Origin: Pseudodesulfovibrio mercurii
Lineage (GTDB): Bacteria; Desulfobacterota; Desulfovibrionia; Desulfovibrionales; Desulfovibrionaceae
Reading direction: 5' to 3'
Assembly (NCBI RefSeq): GCF_000189295.2
Contig: NC_016803.1
Span: 1,530,001-1,562,000, forward strand
Length of the DNA stretch: 32,000 bases
Positions 19,401-25,896 of the stretch are shown piece after piece. Below the pieces are notes generated by a model. It searched no databases. It was not told where the DNA came from and saw only the letters and a program-made list of their open reading frames with translations. Position 1 is the first letter of the stretch. Each line of letters starts with the position of its first letter. Position numbers and translations under genes: made by a program.

Positions 19401-19891
19401 CAGTTGTCCAGGTCCAGCACGTAGTGGTTGGGGATGGCGTAGGGCACGGGCAGGTGCACGGCCGTGCGCTCGGTCAGCCCGGCGTTGAACTCGCTGGGCA
19501 CGCGCACCGGGCAGACCTCGGCGCACCGGCCGCAGCTGATGCACTTGGCCGGGTCGATGAGCGTGGACTTGCGCTTGAGGGAGAGCAGGAACTTGCCCGG
19601 TTCGCCCTCCAGGGTCTCCACCTCGGTGGACAGCATGAGGTCGATGTTGTCGTGGAACAGCCCCTTGCGCAGACAGTACTGGCTGGAGGAGTCGCGCGAC
19701 ATCAGCGGGAGCATGCGGCACATGCCGCAGTGGTCCGTGGGGAACTGGTGGTCCAGCTGGGCGAGTATCCCGCCGTGGCTGGGCCTGCGGTCGATGAGGG
19801 CCACCTTGTGCCCGGTGACGGCCAGGTCCAGGGCCGCGCGGATGCCGCCGATGCCCGCTCCGACCACCAATGCGCCGTATTGCTTTCTCAT
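16463..19891 (-). CDS. Giant double HdrA-like flavo-iron-sulfur protein (QmoA-like half with inserted receiver-like domain + complete HdrA-like half), 1142 aa
   Basis: ORF 16463..19903. ATG 19891 is preferred because the TTG GAG GAC codons supply the GGAGGA SD. Half 1: GALVVGAGIGG, FPTDHCGMCRMLP, and an inserted ferredoxin CISCGRCAEVCP...CIRCWKCHEACP. The mid-protein segment LVTVCTSCPT...SACTPQG...LIGACMPYAY mirrors the HdrA N-domain. Half 2: SALVVGGGLAGM...CSKVCC..., ending with C-terminal CSLCQACVSACP...CQGCGACAAVCP. Confidence 0.85.
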   Translation of the reverse strand: MRKQYGALVVGAGIGGIRAALDLAVTGHKVALIDRRPSHGGILAQLDHQFPTDHCGMCRMLPLMSRDSSSQYCLRKGLFHDNIDLMLSTEVETLEGEPGKFLLSLKRKSTLIDPAKCISCGRCAEVCPVRVPSEFNAGLTERTAVHLPVPYAIPNHYVLDLDNCIRCWKCHEACPTGAIDFKFEDRRDFHILVADRDPDVKAMMEAELKEQNFPLHFAQSGREAVDRLASEEPVGLLLLGMGLNDMDAERVLTRARELRPDLPVVVLADPGSEEAAADLVMQGAREYLVKPLRRKRFVPWLDKLYVRILSDSTVKLEVGAVVLAGGFDCYTPDMDPEGGADVWAYAHPGVLTAVEFERLLSGTGPTGGRLQRSDGEPVRRIAWLQCVGSRDVHKHADFCSGICCMFSIKEALLAKKVAGEGLDATIFYMDMRTSGKEYQRYRVDAEKKHGVRFVRSRPHTVLAADDGKGLKLEYLNDAGELIAEEFDMVVLAAGARPPRGTDKFALTMGVDLNEWGFVDTLPYRPERTSRVGVFAAGAFGEPRDISESVIHAGAAAQAASRIIKAYDVLAGIEGEPEPSYPDVSRDPARTLVTVCTSCPTLEQAVDLDDLAERMQRVHSVCKVMRVGSACTPQGWKDIEAAALEYKPNRILIGACMPYAYIPRLKELGRTIGLNPALMDVVDIYTATVGGDGDGRVEREIYASLATAVARLQGADPSGPAVTVDVVRSALVVGGGLAGMVAAMSIADQGYGVCLVEAEEELGGTAMRLHTQLDGTDPHAYMEELIAQVEKHPNIKVFKDSRVVLSRGSAGHFRSAIASPRGVFPLEHAVTILATGGHEAKVYESGLCVHKSVMTHLALEEQLATGRLDAKALSSVVMIQCWRNDGEDRTYCSKVCCPEMLKNVLALKERNPDLPIYVFYRDIMTQGFLETYYTRARKAGAIFIRYDHLTVPQVTFEEGRPVVRGYDPILRGQVELRPDILSLASGIEPNDVEDLLEVFDVEVDEHGFYREADFKWRPVDFLKQGIYMCGIALGPRRMRETVATAKAAAQRALRILNAEKIPRETVVATVRHSLCSLCQACVSACPYGARAVDTTEEKIIVDEILCQGCGACAAVCPNSATVLKGFHDGPMLSVIDAALEEPA
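18968..19327 (-). other. CheY-like receiver (pseudo-receiver) domain inserted in the HdrA-like protein
   Basis: ORF-track residues ~193-312 read FHILVADRDPD...VGLLLLGMGLNDMDA...LPVVVLADPGS...GAREYLVKPL. This is a receiver-like b1/b3/b4/b5 pattern with the conserved Lys (KPL). Gly (codon 19172-19174) sits where the phospho-acceptor Asp is expected, and Ala where Thr/Ser is expected. Confidence 0.6.
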
Positions 19892-19907
19892 TTTGTCCTC
19901 CAATGAA

Positions 19908-21038
19908 TCAGGCCATGTGCGAAACCGCGTCCTGGAACTCGTCTTCCTTGAAGACCGACAGCGGCGGGGCCTCGTCCAGGCTGCGGCCCGGCACGTAGTC
20001 GAAACTCTCCTGGGTGCGCGCGGCCACGGTGCGGAACAGCTCCATGACCGGGATGTCGTTGGGGCAGGCGTTGGAACACTGGCCGCAGCCCACGCAGGCC
20101 ATGGACATGTGGGCCATGCGCGTGAGGTGGTAGAAGACCGTGTCCGTGGGCATCTTCAGCGAGCCCTTGCGCTTGGCCCAGCCCATGTACTGCCACGGCT
20201 TGTGCTCGAACACGTCGGTGTTGAAGACGCACTCCTTGCAGTAGCAGACCGGGCAGGCCACCCGGCAGTTGTAGCAGTTGACGCAGGAGGCCAGGTACTC
20301 GGCCAGGTCGGTCAGGGTGCCGGTGACCGCCCGGGTGCGCTCGAACATCTCGTCCCGGTTGGCGGTGCGCACCTCGATCATGGCCTTGAGCGCCTCGTCG
20401 CGGCCGCCGCCCGCCTCGGCCTCGGGCAGCCCCAGGCTGAGGAGCAGGGACTCGCCGCGCGGGCTGGAGGCCGTGACCGGAATGTGCCCGGACAGGTCCG
20501 CCCCGGCCAGGCCGAGGACGATGTCCGCGTTCTCCGGGGCCGGATGCTCGCAGGCCCGGCAGGCCGAGGCGATGTCCGCCCCGCCGTTGCCCACCTGCCT
20601 GTGGAAGTCCATGGTGGCCTCGAAGGGATCGCGGTCGCCCAGAAACGCCTTGTACCCGGTGTTGTCGAAGGCCCCCATGCAGTCCAGGCCGACCAGGATG
20701 ATGTCGTCGATGGAACCCTGGTTGAGCTTGACCAGCTCCACGAAGGCGCGGATTTCGCACGGCCGCAGGACCGCGGCGATGCGCTCGCCCGACTGCCCTC
20801 TGGTGAGCCGGGCCAGGAGCTTGGCGCTGTTCATGGGAAATGCCGGGGCCAGCGGGTCCGCTCCGGAGAGCTGCTCCGGGTCCGTGACCAGGGTCGGCAT
20901 GGGGATGCCCTTGCCGAACAGGTGCATGGGCACCAGCACCCCGCCGATGCTCTCGTTCTCCATCAGGCCGCGCAGGAACCCCTGCACCGCCGCAATCGGG
21001 TTGCCCCCGTCGATCTGGATCTTCGCCGTGGTTGCCAT
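19908..21038 (-). CDS. FrhB/FdhB-like (F420 hydrogenase/dehydrogenase beta-family) Fe-S flavoprotein, 376 aa
   Basis: N-terminal pattern IGGVLVPMH...AAVLRPCEIRAFVEL...ILVGLDCMG. C-terminal Cys clusters CVNCYNCRVACPVCYC and CVGCGQCSNACP. The family call is by eye. Confidence 0.6.
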   Translation of the reverse strand: MATTAKIQIDGGNPIAAVQGFLRGLMENESIGGVLVPMHLFGKGIPMPTLVTDPEQLSGADPLAPAFPMNSAKLLARLTRGQSGERIAAVLRPCEIRAFVELVKLNQGSIDDIILVGLDCMGAFDNTGYKAFLGDRDPFEATMDFHRQVGNGGADIASACRACEHPAPENADIVLGLAGADLSGHIPVTASSPRGESLLLSLGLPEAEAGGGRDEALKAMIEVRTANRDEMFERTRAVTGTLTDLAEYLASCVNCYNCRVACPVCYCKECVFNTDVFEHKPWQYMGWAKRKGSLKMPTDTVFYHLTRMAHMSMACVGCGQCSNACPNDIPVMELFRTVAARTQESFDYVPGRSLDEAPPLSVFKEDEFQDAVSHMA

Positions 21039-21055
21039 AGCTCGCCTCCCGCGCC

Positions 21056-21481
21056 CTAGATCACGGCCATGGAACGCGCTTCCATGGGGCCGAGTTCTCT
21101 GATTTCGTTGATGAAGTTATTGACCGTCGCGGCAAACTCGTTGCCTTCGCTCGCCCCCACCCAGGTCAGCTTGACCCGCTCCTTTTCGATGCCGAACTGG
21201 GGCAGAATCTCGTTCAGGAGCTTGACCCGCCGCCGGGCCTTGTAGTTGCCGTTGATGTAGTGGCAGTCACCGGGATGGCAGCCCGAGACCAGGACCCCGT
21301 CCGCCCCGGAGAGCAGGGACTTGACGATGTACTTGGGGTCCACCATGCCGGTGCACATCATGCGCACCATGCGCAGGTTGGGCTGCTGGATCATGCGCGA
21401 GGTCCCGGCCAGGTCCGCCGCCGTGAAGGTGCACCAGTTGCAGACAAAGGCCAGGATGGTCGGTTCGAACTCGTTACTCAT
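21056..21481 (-). CDS. mvhD: MvhD/FlxD-like (methyl-viologen-reducing hydrogenase delta subunit family) protein, 141 aa
   Basis: ILAFVCNWCTFTAADLAG...RMMCTG...VLVSGCHPGDCHY is the characteristic MvhD Cys pattern. It overlaps the hdrA end by 8 nt. Confidence 0.85.
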   Translation of the reverse strand: MSNEFEPTILAFVCNWCTFTAADLAGTSRMIQQPNLRMVRMMCTGMVDPKYIVKSLLSGADGVLVSGCHPGDCHYINGNYKARRRVKLLNEILPQFGIEKERVKLTWVGASEGNEFAATVNNFINEIRELGPMEARSMAVI

Positions 21482-23510
21482 GACGTGCCTCCTCGACGAC
21501 CCGCGTAACCGGGATGTCCACCGGATGCGCCCCGCCCGCCTCGGGCGGCAGCCAGCCGGGGACCATCCCTAGCAGTCCGTCTATTTCGTTGAATATCTGC
21601 GTCTCGTTGAAGTGCTTGATCTGGGCCGCGCCGCTCGGGCAGTACCCGGCGCAGGAGCCGCATCCCTTGCACATGGCCTCGTTGATCACGGCCACGTTGC
21701 GCCGCTCGTCGAACTCGATGGCCGAGTAGGCGCACAGTCCCACGCAGACCCGGCAGCCCACGCAGATGTCCGGGTTGATCCAGGACGTGGTCGGGGAGAT
21801 GGAGACCGTGCCCTTGGCCGCCAGGGCCAGGGCCTGGGCCGCGCCGCCCGAGGCGTGGGAGACCGCGTCCGGGATGTCCTTGGGTCCCTGGCAGGTGCCG
21901 GCCAGGAAGACCCCGTCCGTGGCAGTGGAGACCGGCCCGAGCTTGGGGTGCTCTTCCAGGAAGAAGCCGTCCGAGCCCTGGGCGATGCCGAAGACGCGGG
22001 CCACCTCGGTGGCGTCGGGCCGGGGCTCCATGGCCGTGCACAGGATGACCATGTCCACGGGCAGGCGCACGTTGACCCCGAGCAGGGTGTCCTCGCCCAC
22101 CACCACGAGCCTGCCGTCCTCCTCCACCACCTCGGCGGGCCGCCCCCGGATGAAGGTCACGCCCTCGTCCTGGACCCGCCGGTAGAACTCCTCGTACCCC
22201 TTCCCGAAGCAACGCATGTCGATGTAGAAATTGTAGACCTTGGTGTCGTGGCCGACCTTGTCCTTGATCAGATGGTCGTACTTCAGCGCGTACATGCAGC
22301 AGGTCCGCGAACAGTACTCATGGTAGTTCTTGTCGCGGGAGCCCACGCAGTGGATGATGGCCACGGACTCGGGCTTCCTGCCGTTCTTCATGACGATCTT
22401 GCCCTCGGTGGGGCCGACCGCGTTGTTCAGCCGCTCGAACTGGAGGGCGGTGTAGACCTCGTCGTACCGGCCGAAGCCGTATTCGCGCATGGGCGTCGGG
22501 TCCATGGTGTCGTAGCCCGTGGCCAGGACGATGGAACCCACGTGGAAGACCTCGCGGGACTCCTTCATGTCGTAGTCGATGGCCCCGGTGGGACAAATTT
22601 TCTGACACACGCCGCACTTGCCCTTGGTGATCATCTTGCAGGCGTCGCCGTCGATGACCGGGGTGTTGGGCACGGCCTGGGGCGAGTTGCGGTAGATGGC
22701 CTTGCGGAAACCCAACCCCTCGTTGAACTCGCTGATGGCCTTGGTCGGGCACTTCTCCAGGCAGGCCCCGCAGCCGGTGCAGACGTCTTCCTTCACGTAG
22801 CGCGGCTTGTGCCGGACCGTGACCGTGTAGTTGCCCACGAACCCGGTGACCTCCTCCACCTCGGACCAGGTCATCAGGTTGATGTTCGGCTCCTGGCTGA
22901 CCGCGACCATCTTGGGCGTTGAGATACAGGCCGCGCAGTCGAGCGTGGGGAAGGTCTTGTCGAACTGGGCCATATGCCCGCCGATGGACGGGCTCTTCTC
23001 CACCAGGTGGACCTTGTGCCCGGACTTGGCGATGTCGAGCGCGGCCTGGATGCCAGCGATGCCCGCGCCCACGACCATGACGTCGGGCAGGACCCCGACC
23101 TCGCGCGAGTAGAGCTTCTGGTGGTCGGCCACCCGCTCCACCGCCGCCTCGACGATGTGCCGGGCCTTGGCCGTGGCCTCATCGGGATCGGCCGTGGTCC
23201 AGGAGCAGTGCTCGCGGATGCAGCAGTGCTGCATGAGGTACGGATTGAGCCCGGCCCGGGCGCACGCCTTCTGGAAGGTCTTCTCGTGCAGCCGGGGCGA
23301 ACAGGAGGCGACCACCACGCGATCCAGGCCGTACTGCCGGATGTCCCGGATGATCATCTCCTGGCCGGGGTCCGAGCACATGAACTGGTAGTCGCGGGAG
23401 ACGACCACGTCCTTGAGACCGCCCGCAAACTCGGCCACCCCCTCGCAGTCCACCTTGCCCGCGATGTTGGACCCGCAATGACAGACATAGACACCGATCT
23501 TTCTGGACAT
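21474..23510 (-). CDS. hdrA: Heterodisulfide reductase subunit A, 678 aa
   Basis: ORF 21474..23528. ATG 23510 has GGAGGA 6 nt upstream. N-domain IGVYVCHCGSNIAG; FAD fold VMVVGAGIAGIQAALD; FPTLDCAACI; inserted ferredoxin CTGCGACLEKCP...CGVCQKICP; C-terminal CVGCRVCVGLC...CKGCGSCAGYCP. Confidence 0.9.
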   Translation of the reverse strand: MSRKIGVYVCHCGSNIAGKVDCEGVAEFAGGLKDVVVSRDYQFMCSDPGQEMIIRDIRQYGLDRVVVASCSPRLHEKTFQKACARAGLNPYLMQHCCIREHCSWTTADPDEATAKARHIVEAAVERVADHQKLYSREVGVLPDVMVVGAGIAGIQAALDIAKSGHKVHLVEKSPSIGGHMAQFDKTFPTLDCAACISTPKMVAVSQEPNINLMTWSEVEEVTGFVGNYTVTVRHKPRYVKEDVCTGCGACLEKCPTKAISEFNEGLGFRKAIYRNSPQAVPNTPVIDGDACKMITKGKCGVCQKICPTGAIDYDMKESREVFHVGSIVLATGYDTMDPTPMREYGFGRYDEVYTALQFERLNNAVGPTEGKIVMKNGRKPESVAIIHCVGSRDKNYHEYCSRTCCMYALKYDHLIKDKVGHDTKVYNFYIDMRCFGKGYEEFYRRVQDEGVTFIRGRPAEVVEEDGRLVVVGEDTLLGVNVRLPVDMVILCTAMEPRPDATEVARVFGIAQGSDGFFLEEHPKLGPVSTATDGVFLAGTCQGPKDIPDAVSHASGGAAQALALAAKGTVSISPTTSWINPDICVGCRVCVGLCAYSAIEFDERRNVAVINEAMCKGCGSCAGYCPSGAAQIKHFNETQIFNEIDGLLGMVPGWLPPEAGGAHPVDIPVTRVVEEARHE

Positions 23511-23535
23511 GTCCCATCCTCCATGCAATCCGTGG

Positions 23536-23805
23536 TCAACGGGTGGGTTTGCCGCTGGTCAGTTCCAGGGTCAGTTCGCCCACCAGCTTCTTGAGTTCCT
23601 CGTTCTCGGCCGCCAGCTCCATGTCGTTCGGAGCCAGGGGCGGCTTCTCGAACACGCGGTAGCTGTTCTCCAGAAAATGCCCCCGCCACTTGTAGTACTG
23701 GCCCGGCCGCAGATCATTGGACCGGCAGAGATCGTTGACGCACTCGCCCATCAATCCCGCCAGCACGATCCTGGCCTTGGTCTTGGAATCCCACTTTCTT
23801 CTCAT
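23536..23805 (-). CDS. Solo IS3-family OrfA-like HTH protein (transposase_8-like), 89 aa, with no orfB
   Basis: MRRKWDSKTKARIVLAGLMGECVNDLCRSNDLRPGQYYKWRGHFLE...NEELKKLVGELTLEL resembles IS3/IS911 OrfA (HTH + leucine zipper). hdrA starts 25 nt downstream and no DDE orfB or terminal repeats were seen. Confidence 0.6.
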   Translation of the reverse strand: MRRKWDSKTKARIVLAGLMGECVNDLCRSNDLRPGQYYKWRGHFLENSYRVFEKPPLAPNDMELAAENEELKKLVGELTLELTSGKPTR

Positions 23806-24002
23806 CCGCCGAACCTCCTGCCGATCTTCCCGGTCTCGCCACTGCCGCCGTTCTCCCGAGGAGAGCCGGTGAGTCCGGTCACCTCCTCCGCCGTCGGTCG
23901 TCCCACCCTGCTTTCATGGCCAACCATCCGAATTGGAAGACGAAATCTACAAACATCAGCATGGACTTCCAGTCTGTGCGGGCAACTCACTTTCTCTCCT
24001 AG

Positions 24003-24017
24003 TCAAAATGCGTGCCG
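24003..24017 (-). promoter_or_regulatory. Candidate sigma54 (-24/-12) promoter for the OrfA-like/hdr cluster (imperfect -12)
   Basis: The minus strand reads CGGCACGCATTTTGA. GGCACG is perfect and the spacing is consensus, but the -12 is TTGA instead of TTGC. It lies about 200 nt upstream of ATG 23805. Confidence 0.4.
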
Positions 24018-24106
24018 TTTCAAACATAGAGAGGAATATGAAGATGATAATGGATAGACATGTTCAATACGGCAGCATAAACCCCATGAAAAACGGAGAT
24101 TTTTTG

Positions 24107-24263
24107 TCTCGTCGCGCAAGACGGTTCTTGCCCGGCAAGACGACGGGAGTCGGCCAGGAGAGTCGAGAATCATTTTCATCGGGAGTTTCAGCCCCCTTGC
24201 GCAAGGCCCGACTCTCCTTGTCTCCAGAGGATTTTCGGCCGAAAACGGTCTTGCGCGACGAGA
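24107..24263. promoter_or_regulatory. Array of TCTTGC/GCAAGA dyads (candidate enhancer-binding-protein UAS)
   Basis: A perfect 16-nt inverted repeat: tctcgtcgcgcaagac (24107-24122) and gtcttgcgcgacgaga (24248-24263). Palindromes: GCAAGA-cggt-TCTTGC (24116-24131), TCTTGCC-c-GGCAAGA (24126-24140), CCTTGCGCAAGG (24195-24206). All lie 100-250 nt upstream of the candidate promoter. Confidence 0.5.
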
Positions 24264-24395
24264 TACCAGAGCGGCGAGGGCGGAAATCCAGAGACATTTT
24301 TTCAAGGATTTCACAGACCAAAAGGCATTGCCCACGAACCGAAAATTATGCTACGTGTGAGCCATCATTCATGCTGCAAGGGGAGGGGGCACCCC

Positions 24396-25805
24396 ATGAC
24401 AGACATTCTCATCGTGGACGGCGATGCGGTCTTTGCCGAACGGCTGGCCGCTTCGCTTCTGGAGCACGGCTTTCCGACCAATGCCTGCGACTCGCTGTCC
24501 AAGGCGCTGGGCATCCTGCACACCGGCACGTTCAAGGCGGTCCTGCTCGGGGACGATCTGCCCGATGGGGACGTGGTGGACTATCTGGCCCTTATCCGCG
24601 AGGTACCTTCCTTTCCCGAGGCGATCATCATCACCCGCAGGCGGGACCCGGACATGGCGGAAAGGGCCATCCAGTCCGGGGCCTGGAACTACATCACCAA
24701 GCCCCTGAACCTGCAACGGCTCCTGGTCCTGCTGGAGCGGGTCATCACCTACCACACCAAGGTCCACTCCGGGTTCTGCCCCGTGTCGCTCAGGCGCGAG
24801 GGGATCATCGGCAACAGCCGGGCCATGCTCTCCTGCCTGGACGCCGTGGCCCAGGCCGCCACCAGCGACATCAACGTCCTGCTCATCGGCGAGACCGGCA
24901 CGGGCAAGGAGCTCTTCGCCCGGTCCATCCACAAGAACTCCGCCCGCCGCAACAAGCCCTTCGTGGTCGTGGACTGTGCGGCCATGCCCGACACCCTGGC
25001 CGAGAGCCTGCTCTTCGGCCACGCGCGGGGCGCGTTCACCAGCGCGGACGCCCCCACCGTGGGCCTGGTCAAGCAGGCGGACCAGGGCACCCTGTTCCTG
25101 GACGAGGTGGGCGAGCTGCCCATGCCCCTGCAAAAGGTCTTCCTGCGCGTGCTCGAGGGCCGCAGCTTCCGGCCCGTGGGCTCCGCCCGCGAGATCACCA
25201 GCGACTTCCGGCTGCTGGCGGCCACCAACCGGGACCTGGAGGAAATGGTCGAGCAGGGCGAATTCCGGCGCGACCTCTATTTCCGGCTGCGCGGCATGCA
25301 CATCCGCCTGCCCGCTCTGCGCGACATCGCCGAGGACATCAACGAGATGACCTGCAAGTTCATCCAGCGCCACTGCGAAAAACTCAAACTGTCCACCAAG
25401 GGGTTCTCCCCGGATTTCCTGGACGCGCTCATGCACTACGACTGGCCGGGCAACGTCCGGGAGTTGATCCACACCCTGGAGCAGGCCCTGTCCCGGGCGG
25501 GCAACGACGCGGTCCTCTTCCCCCGCCACCTGCCCAAGGCCATCCGCGCCCAGATCGCCCGCCGGTCCATGAGGCCCGAGCACCAGGCCGCCAAACCGGC
25601 CCACCACCACGAGATCGCGCCGCCGGACGCCTTTCCGGACATGCGCACCTACCGCGACCAGCAGATCGCCCGGAGCGAGGAGCGCTACCTCATGAACCTG
25701 ATGGAGATCACCGGCGGCGACATGGCCGCCTCCTGCACCGTCTCCGGTCTGTCGCGGGCCCGCCTTTACGCCCTGCTCAAGCGCTACAACGTTTCCCGCA
25801 AGTGA
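24396..25805 (+). CDS. Orphan sigma54-dependent activator with atypical (probably non-phosphorylatable) receiver domain, 469 aa
   Basis: ORF 24348..25805. ATG 24396 follows GGGAGGGGG. The receiver reads ILIVDGDAVF...FKAVLLGDDLPDGD, with Gly (24549-24551) at the acceptor position by alignment to the two neighbouring regulators. Walker A GETGTGKE; GAFTSA instead of GAFTGA; C-terminal HTH SGLSRARLYALLKRY. No adjacent kinase. Confidence 0.85.
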   Translation: MTDILIVDGDAVFAERLAASLLEHGFPTNACDSLSKALGILHTGTFKAVLLGDDLPDGDVVDYLALIREVPSFPEAIIITRRRDPDMAERAIQSGAWNYITKPLNLQRLLVLLERVITYHTKVHSGFCPVSLRREGIIGNSRAMLSCLDAVAQAATSDINVLLIGETGTGKELFARSIHKNSARRNKPFVVVDCAAMPDTLAESLLFGHARGAFTSADAPTVGLVKQADQGTLFLDEVGELPMPLQKVFLRVLEGRSFRPVGSAREITSDFRLLAATNRDLEEMVEQGEFRRDLYFRLRGMHIRLPALRDIAEDINEMTCKFIQRHCEKLKLSTKGFSPDFLDALMHYDWPGNVRELIHTLEQALSRAGNDAVLFPRHLPKAIRAQIARRSMRPEHQAAKPAHHHEIAPPDAFPDMRTYRDQQIARSEERYLMNLMEITGGDMAASCTVSGLSRARLYALLKRYNVSRK

Positions 25806-25896
25806 CCGGCCGGACCGAGTCGGCGGTGGCTTTTCCCGTCCAAACAGGCTATCCTCGCCGCCGAAGCGACGACCCGTTTCCGGAGGGATGTTTTCC

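Noticed and set aside
16434-19906. 1095-aa (-) and 795-aa (+) ORFs overlapping the giant HdrA-like gene
   Set aside because: They are alternate-frame or antisense. Only the 16463..19903 frame shows FAD-fold and CX2CX2CX3CP motifs.
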